Source: an uncultured Myxococcales bacterium | Lineage (GTDB): Bacteria > Myxococcota_A > UBA9042 > DTJE01 | Reading direction: 5' to 3' | DNA: 64,000 bases | Assembly (NCBI GenBank): GCA_903936705.1 | Contig: CAIZWN010000005.1 | Location: 123,883-187,882 of the forward strand | Shown here: positions 48,942 to 59,074 of the stretch, one piece after another | Numbering within the stretch: the first letter of the stretch is position 1 | Layout: every line of letters starts with the position of its first letter | Notes under the pieces: model-generated | Database searches by the model: none | What the model saw: only the letters and a program-made list of their open reading frames with translations | What the model was told of the DNA's origin: nothing | Position numbers and translations under genes: made by a program

Positions 48942-51053
48942 ATGCTATCGTGGCGCGACAGGGGTTCAAATGGCGCGCCGGCGCGGCTTGCTGTGCAGGC
49001 TGTGCTGACAATGCTGGCAACGTTCGCGACTGCGTGCGGCGGTTCTGACGTGACGCCGTCGCAGCCCGGGGACGTGCCGCAGGATGGCGCTGTTGACGTT
49101 TACACCGACCTGCCCGGCGAGGTACCGCTTGATGTTCTTTTCGATACTACGCCGGACAATCCAGGGCCGGACGATTCTGGACAAGACACCACGGGACCGG
49201 TTGATACTGGACCGGACGACCTGGGGCCAACGTCCCTGTTGCCGCCCCTTCCGCTGCGCGTGGAAGGAAGGAACATCGTGGACGCCACTGGACACAGGGT
49301 GCGCCTTCAGGGTGTCAACTGGGACGGCGGGCACCAGGAGGATTTCGTTCCCTATGGGTTGGACTATCACACACCTGCCGAAATCGCGGGCAAGCTGCGG
49401 AAAATGGGCTTCAATTCGGTCCGGCTGACCTACAGCGACCGGATGGTTCGCGACGATCCCGTCCCCCCCGACGGGAGGCTGGCTGCGAATCCCAGCCTGC
49501 AGGGAAAAGGCGCGCTGGCGACATTCGACGCAGTGGTTAATGCATTGGCAGCCGAGGGGATCCTGATCATCCTGAACAACCACACGTCCGACGCCACCTG
49601 GTGCTGTTCCCTGGATGACGACAACTACCTCTGGCACAACTCGCGCTTCAGCGAGGCAGACTGGATGGCAGACTGGGTCAAGCTGATCCGCAGGTACCGT
49701 GACGTCCCGGCCGTGGTGGGGGCCGACCTGCGCAACGAACCGCGCCAGCCAGCCCAGTGGGGAACAGGCGGCGGGATCGAGACCGACTGGCCCTCGGCGG
49801 CCGAACGCTGCGGCACGGCGTTGCTGGCCGAGAATCCCGACCTGGTGATCCTGGTCGAAGGCGTCGTGTTCGCGAACGACCTGTCGGGCGCCGCCGCGCG
49901 GCCCGTAAACCTCCCGGCGGCGCACCTGGCCTACTCGGCCCATGACTATGGATGGGCCCTGCCAGCCAGTGCCGACACATACGACGACTTTGCGATGGTC
50001 GCGGACAGCATGTGGGGGTACCTGCTGTCGGCCCAGCCGCCCTCCCCCGTTTGGCTGGGCGAGTTCGGCTGCTTTCACCGCGAGATCGGCAACAAGTGGT
50101 GGCCGTGGATCAGCCGCTATATCGCCGAACGGGAACTGGACTGGTCGTTGTGGACGATCTTCGCCTATGGCGGCTGGACATGGGGCCTGCTGGATCCGAT
50201 CACGCTGGAACCTGCGGACCGCGCGTTCTGGGAATCGGTTAAGGCGCTGATGACGCCGGAACCAATCGTCCCGATCCCCGAGGTAGAGCCGATCCCGGAC
50301 CAGCCAGTCGAAGACAGCGGCCCGGCATCGGATGCCGAGGTTATCGAAACGGTTGAAGGTCCCGGCCCCGAGGTCCAGTGGGTCACCATTCCAGGCGGGA
50401 CGCTTCGGATGGGGGCGACTGACCTGGGGTTGTTGTCGCAGCCGGTGCTGGACGTGACGGTCCCCTCGTTCCGCATCGGGCGTACCGAGGTCACCGCGGC
50501 CCAGTACGCCGCGTGCGTTACGGCCGCGGCATGCACGGCCCCGAACGGCAGCCAGGTCGGGGACGACGCCCCGGTCCAGTGGGTGACGTGGGACCAGTCG
50601 AAGGCGTTCTGCGCATGGGCAGGCGGGCAACTGTGCACCGAAGCCCAGTGGGAACTGGCGGCTGGAAACGGTTCGATGGGCAGCCGGTATCCTTGGGGGA
50701 ACCAGGCACCCACATGCGCCGATGCCGTGTGGAACGGGCCTGGCTGCCTGGACCTGGGCCCAGCGAATGCCTGCTCGAGGCCTGCTGGCAACAACGTGTG
50801 GGGGCTGTGCGACCTGGCCGGGAACGTGATGGAGTGGGTGGAGGACGATTGGCACGCCTCCCATCTGGCAGCGCCGACCAACGGCAGCGCCTGGGTGGAC
50901 GATCCGCGTTCATCGGCCCGCGTATTGAAGGGCGGCGGTTTCGCCCACAACTTTGCCGACGGTCTACGGACGGCCTGGCGGGACAGGGGAATGGCTGGAG
51001 ACAACGCTGCCATGTTCGGAACGCGATGCTGCGGGACGCCTGCGGCCCCGTGA
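48942..51053 (+). CDS. Lipoprotein: GH5 glycoside hydrolase + FGE-sulfatase domain
   Basis: ATAC lipobox; GFNSVRL, DLRNEP, WLGEFG; TEAQWE.AA, GLCDLAGNVMEW. Confidence 0.85.
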   Translation: MLSWRDRGSNGAPARLAVQAVLTMLATFATACGGSDVTPSQPGDVPQDGAVDVYTDLPGEVPLDVLFDTTPDNPGPDDSGQDTTGPVDTGPDDLGPTSLLPPLPLRVEGRNIVDATGHRVRLQGVNWDGGHQEDFVPYGLDYHTPAEIAGKLRKMGFNSVRLTYSDRMVRDDPVPPDGRLAANPSLQGKGALATFDAVVNALAAEGILIILNNHTSDATWCCSLDDDNYLWHNSRFSEADWMADWVKLIRRYRDVPAVVGADLRNEPRQPAQWGTGGGIETDWPSAAERCGTALLAENPDLVILVEGVVFANDLSGAAARPVNLPAAHLAYSAHDYGWALPASADTYDDFAMVADSMWGYLLSAQPPSPVWLGEFGCFHREIGNKWWPWISRYIAERELDWSLWTIFAYGGWTWGLLDPITLEPADRAFWESVKALMTPEPIVPIPEVEPIPDQPVEDSGPASDAEVIETVEGPGPEVQWVTIPGGTLRMGATDLGLLSQPVLDVTVPSFRIGRTEVTAAQYAACVTAAACTAPNGSQVGDDAPVQWVTWDQSKAFCAWAGGQLCTEAQWELAAGNGSMGSRYPWGNQAPTCADAVWNGPGCLDLGPANACSRPAGNNVWGLCDLAGNVMEWVEDDWHASHLAAPTNGSAWVDDPRSSARVLKGGGFAHNFADGLRTAWRDRGMAGDNAAMFGTRCCGTPAAP

Positions 51054-51091
51054 AGTGACAGCCCGAAAGGAAGCGGCAACCCGCGGCTAAC

Positions 51092-51196
51092 CTACCCCTT
51101 CTTGGCGGCGTCCTTCGCCTTCTTCTCTTTCTTTTCCTTGACGGTCAGCTTCGGCTTCTTGGTGTTCTTCTTCGGTTTGTCGAGTCCCTTTGGCAT
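51092..51196 (-). CDS. Lys-rich 34-aa microprotein (not in ORF track)
   Basis: MPKGLDKPKKNTKKPKLTVKEKKEKKAKDAAKKG*, GAGGGGG RBS, GC-rich third codon positions. Confidence 0.7.
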   Translation of the reverse strand: MPKGLDKPKKNTKKPKLTVKEKKEKKAKDAAKKG

Positions 51197-51408
51197 GGTT
51201 CATCCCCCTCGAATGAAGTAAACGCAGGAACTTTCAAGACAGTTTCTGGTTCCTGTGTGGAGTATGGCGGAGGCCTGGAACAGGGTCAAGCTGGTGCGCG
51301 CCTGCGACAGAATATCTTCACCACAACGCGACATATCGCATGAAACGGCACTGGAAACGCGAAAGCGCATTGGGGTATCCTGCCGCGGCCACTGGCGAAG
51401 AGGATCTG

Positions 51409-53079
51409 ATGAAACGGTCTGCAATCCTGCTGGCAACAGCCATTGTTCTGACATATGGATGCGGGGGTGAAGGGGCCTCCAGTCCGGACGACTTGAACGA
51501 CGTGCAGGCCGACGTGGTGCAGGACGCCGCTGTTGATGTTCCTGCCGATGTTCCCCTCGAAATTCCAGCCGAAATCCCGACCGACGTGCCGGCCGACCTG
51601 GGTCACGACGACACGGTTGCCACCGATCTGCCTGGCGAACAGGCACCAGCCGACATTGCCGGGTCCGACGCCGAAGACATTGTCCCGACCGACACCCCAT
51701 GGGTGCGTCCGGCAAAGGGCGAGCCGGTTTCCGACGTAACGATTGCGGAAGTCACCGACCTGTACATCCAGATCCTGAAGGACAGCCGCTACTTTGAAGT
51801 CGTTGACGAACGCCTGCATGGATGGCCCCAGTCCGACCCTGAAGAACGCTTCTGGTATGGAACCTGGTGGAGCGGCGTTCGCATCCTGAAGGAATCAGGC
51901 AAGGTCACCTACAAGCATTCCAACGACGGCGCCGACAACAACGGAATGCGAACGGCCCCGTATTTGTCCGGTGCTGCATTTGCCCGGCTGCTGTGGAACC
52001 GGGCCGACCATCTGCACGTGGTTCAAAGCCTGGTACGCGGTTTCAGTTCGTGGGTTCTGGCCATGCAGCGGACGTCGCTGCCGGATGCCCCGGCACTGAT
52101 GACGCGGGCCGCATACTTTCCACCGGTGACCTCCACCGACGGAGGCCGCGAGATATACATAGACTACAGCCCCACTTTCCCGGGCATCGACGGCGGCGCA
52201 TCGGTCTACGTCCGCAACGCCGACAACCCGATCTGGGGCGACATGTACATCAAGAACCTGCGGTCGAAGGACGACATCGGCCACATGCTGCTGGCCATGG
52301 CCATGGCAAAGGACGCCGTCGAAAAATCGAACGACCCCGGCCTGACACAGGACTGGGCTCAACTGATGGATCTTTACGGCGCCTGGGCCCGCAGGGTCGA
52401 GTTGAACGGCTGGCAGATCGAGACCGTGGACAAGGACTGGAATGTCTACCTGCCGCTGGACGACCTGGCGATTCTTTCCGATTTCTATGGCGTCGAGCGC
52501 ACCATCATGCTGGCCTTGCACCTGGTTGGCGGCGGCCAGCCCACCCCTGAACTGGACTGCGGCAACGGCGTCAGCGAAGCCGAACTGGTCTTTGCCATCA
52601 AACCGGACAACGCCCAGCAGATCCGCTCGTACCACGAAGCCGCGGTCGCCTGGCTGAAGATCACAGGACACACAGACACCGCGCGGCTGCTGGTGCAGGG
52701 GCTGGCCCAGCGCGTCGATACAATCCTGGACGCCCGCGAGGGGCCAGAACCTCCGGCCCACCCCGGCAACCAGGACCTGGCCGAACTGGTCCTGTCGTCG
52801 GCCACGGTAGGGCTTCCGCTGACGTGGCGGGAAGTGCGATTCATGCACGATCGCATCCGCGACGCGCACGCCAGCTATCTGGCCGAATCGGCCATGCGCG
52901 ACTACAAGGTGTTCGACGTCGAATCGCCCGACGGGGAGTACTCGTTCACCCCCGATCACGACGGGTTGTTCCACCGGTACGTGGGCGCCGTCCTGGGGCT
53001 GTGTTCGTCGCCGTTCCTGGACGTTTCGTCCAATCCAGTCCTGGACTGCGACAAGATCAAGGCGGCCTTCAATCAGTGA
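51409..53079 (+). CDS. Hypothetical lipoprotein
   Basis: GAGGA RBS; leader ending YGC; Asp/Pro linker; long ORF with typical codon usage. Confidence 0.75.
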   Translation: MKRSAILLATAIVLTYGCGGEGASSPDDLNDVQADVVQDAAVDVPADVPLEIPAEIPTDVPADLGHDDTVATDLPGEQAPADIAGSDAEDIVPTDTPWVRPAKGEPVSDVTIAEVTDLYIQILKDSRYFEVVDERLHGWPQSDPEERFWYGTWWSGVRILKESGKVTYKHSNDGADNNGMRTAPYLSGAAFARLLWNRADHLHVVQSLVRGFSSWVLAMQRTSLPDAPALMTRAAYFPPVTSTDGGREIYIDYSPTFPGIDGGASVYVRNADNPIWGDMYIKNLRSKDDIGHMLLAMAMAKDAVEKSNDPGLTQDWAQLMDLYGAWARRVELNGWQIETVDKDWNVYLPLDDLAILSDFYGVERTIMLALHLVGGGQPTPELDCGNGVSEAELVFAIKPDNAQQIRSYHEAAVAWLKITGHTDTARLLVQGLAQRVDTILDAREGPEPPAHPGNQDLAELVLSSATVGLPLTWREVRFMHDRIRDAHASYLAESAMRDYKVFDVESPDGEYSFTPDHDGLFHRYVGAVLGLCSSPFLDVSSNPVLDCDKIKAAFNQ

Positions 53080-53154
53080 ATCCGGACACTGGATTCCTTG
53101 CTGCGTCATGATTGGTAGTAGAGTCCGGGGACCAAGGCTCGACTGGAAGGCCTG

Positions 53155-54450
53155 ATGAATGGTCGCTTGTCGCCGTGCCGCATGATTGCAAGGCATCTGA
53201 TACCTGCGATGGCGTGCATCCTGATGGTTGCAGTCGTGCCCCAGCATGCGAATGCCCATCGCAAGGTTGTCCGGCCACCTGGCGCCACACACCCTTTGGT
53301 GTCGGAAACGATCATCGAGGACTCTTCGGGGCATGCGCTGGAAACATTCGCAGCAGCACTGAGGCGCGCCAGGAACCACGCCGGCCAGGCGCGCATCCTG
53401 GTCTGGGGTGCGTCGCACACGGCCGCGGACTTGTGGACCGGCACGCTTAGGCGTGGGCTGCAGGCGCTGTACGGCGATGCCGGCCACGGATTCGTGCTGC
53501 CAGGGCGTCCGTGGGCGTACTATCGACAGTCCGATGTAAACCTGGCCTCGTCCGACGGATGGTTCACCGACAGGGTGGACAAGGCCGACGCACGGCCTGA
53601 CGGTCTTTATGGCATTGCAGGCGCCAGCGTTTCGTCGGCCAGCGCAGCCGACTGGTCCAGGGCTGCCACCACGCGCGAAAACCCGATGGGACGCAAGGTG
53701 TCGCGCATCGAGGCCTGGTACCTGAAACAGCCGGGTGGCGGGGCGTTCGACATTCGGATCGACCGCAAGAAGCCAGTCCGGATATCGACGTCCGCGGATC
53801 AACGCGAGGCTGGATACCAGGTCTTCGACCTGCCCGACGGGCCTCATCAAGTGGAAATCCGGCCGGCCGGCAACGGCGAAGTGCGCATGTTCGGGCTGGT
53901 GCTGGAAAGGCGGGTCCCAGGGGTCGTCGTGGACACCCTGGGAATCCCGGGGACTCGCGCCGAACACATGCTGAAGTGGGACCAGGAGATCCTGGCGCAG
54001 CAGGTGGCCAGACGGCGACCGGATCTGGTGATACTGGCATACGGGACCAACGAGGCTGGGGACGACGACGTGCCAATCGAATCCTACGAAATCATGCTGC
54101 GGGAGGTCATGCAGCGCGTGAAGACCGTGGCTGCCGGGGCGTCATGCCTGCTGATAGGTCCGACTGATCGACCGCTGCAGTTGCCGTCCGGAGCATTCGG
54201 CCCACGTCCCCGCAGGGCCCAGGTGACCGATGTCCAGCGACGCGTGTCGGCCGATATCGGGTGCGCATTCTTCGATACCGCGGCATTCATGGGGGGCGAA
54301 GGTGGCATGGTGAACTGGGTGAAGGCACAGACTCCGCTGGGGTCGCGGGACCACGTCCACCTGACGCCGATAAGCTACGAGATCATGGGCCGGACGATAC
54401 TGGCGGAACTGCTGCGGCTGGCCGCTGAAGGAAGTCGGAAAATCCCTTGA
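53155..54450 (+). CDS. Exported SGNH/GDSL hydrolase or acyltransferase
   Basis: GASH block I, YGTNE, DHVH. Confidence 0.82.
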   Translation: MNGRLSPCRMIARHLIPAMACILMVAVVPQHANAHRKVVRPPGATHPLVSETIIEDSSGHALETFAAALRRARNHAGQARILVWGASHTAADLWTGTLRRGLQALYGDAGHGFVLPGRPWAYYRQSDVNLASSDGWFTDRVDKADARPDGLYGIAGASVSSASAADWSRAATTRENPMGRKVSRIEAWYLKQPGGGAFDIRIDRKKPVRISTSADQREAGYQVFDLPDGPHQVEIRPAGNGEVRMFGLVLERRVPGVVVDTLGIPGTRAEHMLKWDQEILAQQVARRRPDLVILAYGTNEAGDDDVPIESYEIMLREVMQRVKTVAAGASCLLIGPTDRPLQLPSGAFGPRPRRAQVTDVQRRVSADIGCAFFDTAAFMGGEGGMVNWVKAQTPLGSRDHVHLTPISYEIMGRTILAELLRLAAEGSRKIP

Positions 54451-56215
54451 GCAACGCCTTGTAGAAAAGGCTGCCGATCACCTCGTAGCCTGCCGGCGAT
54501 GCGTGGCGATAGTCGCCCCACCCAAGCCGGGGGCGAGACTTGTACCAGCGCCCCATCGCGCCGTTTCCGCCCATGGCCGTCCAGGTATCGAAGAATGCGC
54601 ACCCTTCCGCCGCGGCAACGGTCCGCTGCGATTCCACGATACGCGGGATGGTCGGCATGGTCCTGACGCCGCCGCGAGGCCCGACTTCGCCCTGGTCCAG
54701 CGGGGCCATCAAAAGGCATGACGCCTGCGGCCGACCCGCGCGCATCATCTTGATCACCTTCGACAACTGCTCGCGATACTTGTCGAAATTCATGTGGTCG
54801 TCCCCGGCCTCGTTTCCTCCAAAGGCGATCACCAGCAGGTCAGGCGATCGGTGGCCGACCTGGTCGGCAAAGTGTGCCGAATCGGCATTCAGCATGCGGC
54901 TGGCCCTGGCGCCGACAATTCCCATCGAGTCGTACACCACACCGGGACCGGGGCGCTCCATCGTCACGCCGTAGACCCGCGCGTCGCCGCCCCCTGCTGC
55001 CTTCACTGTCACCTGATGGGGCCCGTCATCGACCTCGAGCGACCACCAGCGGTCCTCGACCGAATCCGACCGCGACGTCACGACCTGCGGCGCGCCGGCA
55101 TCAACCGAAACCTCCAGCGCGCCACCTTCAGGATGGGCCTGGTACCACAGTTCGAAACGGGTAAACGAGCGGCCAACCGGTCCAATATCGGAGGAACCAA
55201 AGGTCGTTTTGACGCCGCCCGACGCGCGCTGAAGAAATCCGCCGTAGCCGTAGCGCCCGTCCTTGCGGTCGTCGGAAATCACCGAATGCAGCGCCCAGTT
55301 GCGTGGTTCGTCCCACCTGACGTCCTTGTGGCGATAAGGCAGCGAACCCTTGCCGGCCAGGTGAAATCCGTGGCCCGCATCACCGAACCTCTTCTGGAAG
55401 CGCCTGCGCAACGTGCCGGTCACGTCGTCCGCGGCAATCGTCGAATCGCCCCAGTGGGCGATACGCGTCACCGCACCGGGCTTGCCGCCCGCGGTCCTGG
55501 CCAGCGCCATATAGAAGGCGTCCATGGCGCGACCTGACGGGTCCTCGATCGGCCGGACCAGCCCCTCCATCTCGTCGAGGTCGATCTTGATGCCGGAGTG
55601 CGTTTCCGGGACGTCGGGAACATCAGCCCCTTCCCCGGCAGCCAGGGTCTCGGGCGAAAGGTTCTTTGCCAGGTCGCTGCCCAGAGTCTCGACGGCCGCG
55701 GCACGAGCCTGCTGGGGCGACAGGGGGCCTTCAGGTATCGTCCGGTTCCCGTCGCCTTCGGAATCGCCGGTCTTCAGAGCCAGCATCTTGGCCATTGGAA
55801 GGGATTCTCCGGGCATCCAGGGACGCCAATCGGAAAGCCCCGGAATTGCGTAGGTCGATATGGCAAACAGCAGAAGCGTGCCAGCCACGGTACCAAGGTG
55901 CCGCAGTGCCGGGGCGCGTGTCCGCCAGTCGCCGTCGCCCGGATCGAACCCACCAGTCGGATGCGACGCGTTGCCGATCGCCAGCGGCGCCTGCGCGTAC
56001 TGCGCACCGAAACCAGCTTCATCGTGATGAACATCGACAACCGGAACGATTGCAGAATCCTGCGCCGCAACGGGCAAGGACGCCGGGCCGGGCAACGACG
56101 CCGTAACTGGCAACGCCGCGGTAAATGGCAACGCCGCCGTATCTGGCAATGCCGCCGGGCCGACAGGCACCACCTTGCTTTCCTGTTCGACCAAGTCGTT
56201 GCAGCCTTCCTTCAC
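54383..56215 (-). CDS. Membrane-anchored SGNH/GDSL protein (PatB-like)
   Basis: WGDS, FGGNE, DYRH; N-terminal TM; follows the MBOAT gene. Confidence 0.82.
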   Translation of the reverse strand: MKEGCNDLVEQESKVVPVGPAALPDTAALPFTAALPVTASLPGPASLPVAAQDSAIVPVVDVHHDEAGFGAQYAQAPLAIGNASHPTGGFDPGDGDWRTRAPALRHLGTVAGTLLLFAISTYAIPGLSDWRPWMPGESLPMAKMLALKTGDSEGDGNRTIPEGPLSPQQARAAAVETLGSDLAKNLSPETLAAGEGADVPDVPETHSGIKIDLDEMEGLVRPIEDPSGRAMDAFYMALARTAGGKPGAVTRIAHWGDSTIAADDVTGTLRRRFQKRFGDAGHGFHLAGKGSLPYRHKDVRWDEPRNWALHSVISDDRKDGRYGYGGFLQRASGGVKTTFGSSDIGPVGRSFTRFELWYQAHPEGGALEVSVDAGAPQVVTSRSDSVEDRWWSLEVDDGPHQVTVKAAGGGDARVYGVTMERPGPGVVYDSMGIVGARASRMLNADSAHFADQVGHRSPDLLVIAFGGNEAGDDHMNFDKYREQLSKVIKMMRAGRPQASCLLMAPLDQGEVGPRGGVRTMPTIPRIVESQRTVAAAEGCAFFDTWTAMGGNGAMGRWYKSRPRLGWGDYRHASPAGYEVIGSLFYKALLKGFSDFLQRPAAAVPPVSSGP

Positions 56216-56234
56216 GCCGAGCCCTCGCCAGTTA

Positions 56235-57656
56235 CTAGAACTGGAAGTAGATGTACGGCACTACCTGGCTGGAAGCCATCTTCATCAAGACCGCTGCCGT
56301 GACCGCCAGTACAACTCCCTTCAGGGGTGCCGGCAGGGCTACGAAACGGTCCCTGACCAGTTCGACGTATCGCTTGGGCGCAAAGTGGATCAGGAATGAT
56401 CCGAACAGCACCATCCACACCATCCAGGACACCTGCGCCAGCGAATACGAACCCTTCAACAACTGAGCCGTGACCGCCCCGGCAGAACCCAGGGTCGGCG
56501 CCCTGAACAGGATGCGCGACAGCACCACAAAATGGAACGTCCCCATTATCTTCAGCACCATCAGCCACTTCGGATCATGCGTGTCGTTCGTCCGACCGGA
56601 CCGCTTGTAGAAGTAGCGATGGAGCACCATCGCGCCGCCGTGCAGCGCGCCGTAGATCACGAAATTCCACGACGCCCCATGCCAGATGCCGATCAGGAAC
56701 AGGGTCAGCCACAGATTGAAGTACGTTCGGACCGGGCTGCCCTTGGACCCGCCCAGCGGGAAGTACACGTAATCGCGCAGCCACGACGACAAGGTGATGT
56801 GCCAGCGGCGCCAGAAGGCGGCCGGACTGGTGGAAAGGTATGGCCTGTCGAAGTTCTCGGGCAGCGTATAGCCCATCAGCATCGCCGACCCGCGGGCAAC
56901 GTCGGTATACCCCGAAAAATCGCAGTAGATCTGCATGGTGTAACCGTAAAGAGCGACAAGGACTTCCAGGGACGTGTAGGCCGACGGGTTGTCGAACATG
57001 CGATCGACAAGGTTCACGCTTAGGAAGTCGGCGATCACGACCTTCTTGAACAACCCCTTGATGATCAGGAACAACCCCTGCCCTACCATGCCTGGCGTCA
57101 ACGGCGGGCGGGTCAGCAACTGCGGCAGCAACAGGTGCCCGCGCACGATCGGCCCGGCCACAAGGTGTGGAAAGTACAGCAGGTATGTGCCGTAGTGCAG
57201 AAGGCTCTGCGCAGGTGGATAGCGCCTGCGATAGACGTCGATAACGCACGACAAGGTTTGGAAGGTGTAGAACGAGATCCCCACCGGCAGCAGGACATCC
57301 AGGTAGGGGCGCGGGACGTTCAAACCCAGCAACCCCAAAGTATCGGCTGCAGCCCCGACAAAGAAGTTGAAGTACTTGAACATGCCCAGCGTGCCCAGGT
57401 TCCAGGCAAGACTTACGCCCAGCCATGCCTTGCGCTTGCGGTCATCGTCGGTGGCGGCGATGCGGCGCTGGGCCACGTAGTCGATTACGACGTTCGAAAG
57501 GACCAAACCGACGTAGTAGGGGTTCCAGACCATGTAGAACCGGCAGGACATCAGGAACAGGAACAGCAGGCGCCAGCGGTCGTGGCGGATCAGCGCCCAG
57601 AAACCGGTCACGGCAATCGCCAGGAACAGGATGTAGTCGAGACTGTGGAACAGCAT
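56235..57656 (-). CDS. MBOAT O-acyltransferase (AlgI/PatA/DltB family)
   Basis: LPVGISFYTFQ, GPIVR, DFSGYTD, FWRRWHITLS, WHGA. Confidence 0.93.
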   Translation of the reverse strand: MLFHSLDYILFLAIAVTGFWALIRHDRWRLLFLFLMSCRFYMVWNPYYVGLVLSNVVIDYVAQRRIAATDDDRKRKAWLGVSLAWNLGTLGMFKYFNFFVGAAADTLGLLGLNVPRPYLDVLLPVGISFYTFQTLSCVIDVYRRRYPPAQSLLHYGTYLLYFPHLVAGPIVRGHLLLPQLLTRPPLTPGMVGQGLFLIIKGLFKKVVIADFLSVNLVDRMFDNPSAYTSLEVLVALYGYTMQIYCDFSGYTDVARGSAMLMGYTLPENFDRPYLSTSPAAFWRRWHITLSSWLRDYVYFPLGGSKGSPVRTYFNLWLTLFLIGIWHGASWNFVIYGALHGGAMVLHRYFYKRSGRTNDTHDPKWLMVLKIMGTFHFVVLSRILFRAPTLGSAGAVTAQLLKGSYSLAQVSWMVWMVLFGSFLIHFAPKRYVELVRDRFVALPAPLKGVVLAVTAAVLMKMASSQVVPYIYFQF

Positions 57657-57839
57657 CGTCGCGTGCCCGGTTTCTGCGGTCCCGGAAGACGCCCACCAGA
57701 GCGTCACCCAAGCCGCGGCGCCCCCTGCGGGACCTGGAAGAGCGTCCGATTGTAATTGACGGCCGGAGCGCCCGCCAACAGAACAACATGCGACCTTCAA
57801 CTCATGTTCGGATATCCTTGCCGCCTTGAGGGTCTGGAG

Positions 57840-58799
57840 ATGCGAATGAAGGGCACCCTGGCGATTTCGGTTTTGCTGGCGGCATCGGCAATTGTTTCTG
57901 TGTCCTCGAATGCCCTGGCAAAGGCGGGCGATGACGAGGCCGCGGGCTCGTGGTCGTTCACGACAGACAGACCAATCAAGACCGTGCTTGTCGGCGGATC
58001 AGTTGCCGCATTCACTGGTGGCGGGTTTGCGGATCAGTTGCAGGGCGCGTGTGCGAATGTCGAAATCGTGAACCTGGCAAAGGCCAGGCTGGGAGCCGCG
58101 GCCATCAGGACGCGCTTTCACATGCAGGTGCTTCAAAACCCCAATCTGGCGGATTGGAGAAACGGCGCAGGCGAGCGATGGGCCATGGTCCTGGGCGGCC
58201 TGAACAGCGTCGGGAACCCCGAACAGACGAACGCCAACGTTCTTGGGATCTACCACGCGGCTCACGATGCGGGGCTGAAGGTGGTCGGTCTGACCCTGGG
58301 TCCCTGGGGCGACGATTCCGACAAGCGCTGGGCAGGATTCGCGGGCATCCGGCGCCAGGACAACACCCGACGCGCAGCCGATTTCGTGATGGGGCGCCTG
58401 ACACCGACCGCCGCCCTGGGGAAAATGGCTGCCGGGCAGTCCACCTGGAAGACTGGAGACTTGCCGGACGTTGCTGTGGACCTATACGACAGCGAACTGC
58501 GGGACTCGACGGCGACCACCCGGCCCGAGGCGCCGCTGGCAGCGCGCATTGATTCGGACCCCGAGGTCACGAAGATGCTTGAGGCCGTCCCAGCCGGAAG
58601 TCGCGCATCTGAACGCGCCCGTATCCTGAAGCAGGCGGTCGAGATCCCCAGATGGTACCTGCGCAAGGATCTGCGATCGTTCGATCACATCCACCCGAAC
58701 CGCGAGGGCCACCGCGTCATCGCCGCCCAAATCTGCAAGAAGGCCCCGGCTTCCTGGGGATGCGACTGCGCGAAGCTGGCTGCATCGGTGCGACGCTGA
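57840..58799 (+). CDS. Exported SGNH hydrolase-like protein
   Basis: Signal peptide; GGS, GGLN, DHIHPN. Confidence 0.7.
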   Translation: MRMKGTLAISVLLAASAIVSVSSNALAKAGDDEAAGSWSFTTDRPIKTVLVGGSVAAFTGGGFADQLQGACANVEIVNLAKARLGAAAIRTRFHMQVLQNPNLADWRNGAGERWAMVLGGLNSVGNPEQTNANVLGIYHAAHDAGLKVVGLTLGPWGDDSDKRWAGFAGIRRQDNTRRAADFVMGRLTPTAALGKMAAGQSTWKTGDLPDVAVDLYDSELRDSTATTRPEAPLAARIDSDPEVTKMLEAVPAGSRASERARILKQAVEIPRWYLRKDLRSFDHIHPNREGHRVIAAQICKKAPASWGCDCAKLAASVRR

Positions 58800-58893
58800 C
58801 CGGTTGGCTCCCATACGATGCTGACTGATTGCCTCCGGTGCGACGCTGACCGATTGCCTCCCATACGATGCTGACCGCTTGCCAACCGGTGCG
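58786..58893. repeat. Tandem repeat of four 25-bp units in ABAB order (50-bp period)
   Basis: CGGTGCGACGCTGACCG.TTG.CTC alternating with CCATACGATGCTGAC.G.TTGCC.. Confidence 0.85.
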
Positions 58894-59074
58894 TACCGGT
58901 ACACGCCAACGCCCGCCAACCGGAAAGCCCTTGCGCCATGGGCACGTCACCCCACGCCCCCTTTCTTCGCGCACGACGTCAGGCTATTGTTCGAGGACAC
59001 TTGGCATCGGGGCTGGTGGCGCCTGGAACAAACTGTGGCTTGAGGTCGATGCATCAATCTGGCAGGGGGCAATC

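Noticed and set aside
50900-51053. Second VR in the GH5-FGE gene
   Set aside because: Differs from TR at many non-adenine positions
48966-53967. Long antisense ORFs (48966-50864, 51895-53967) and similar shadows such as 2115-3623
   Set aside because: Overlap well-supported genes; typical high-GC shadow frames with no motifs
58786-58893. CRISPR array
   Set aside because: Units are contiguous with no unique spacers, and no cas genes are present
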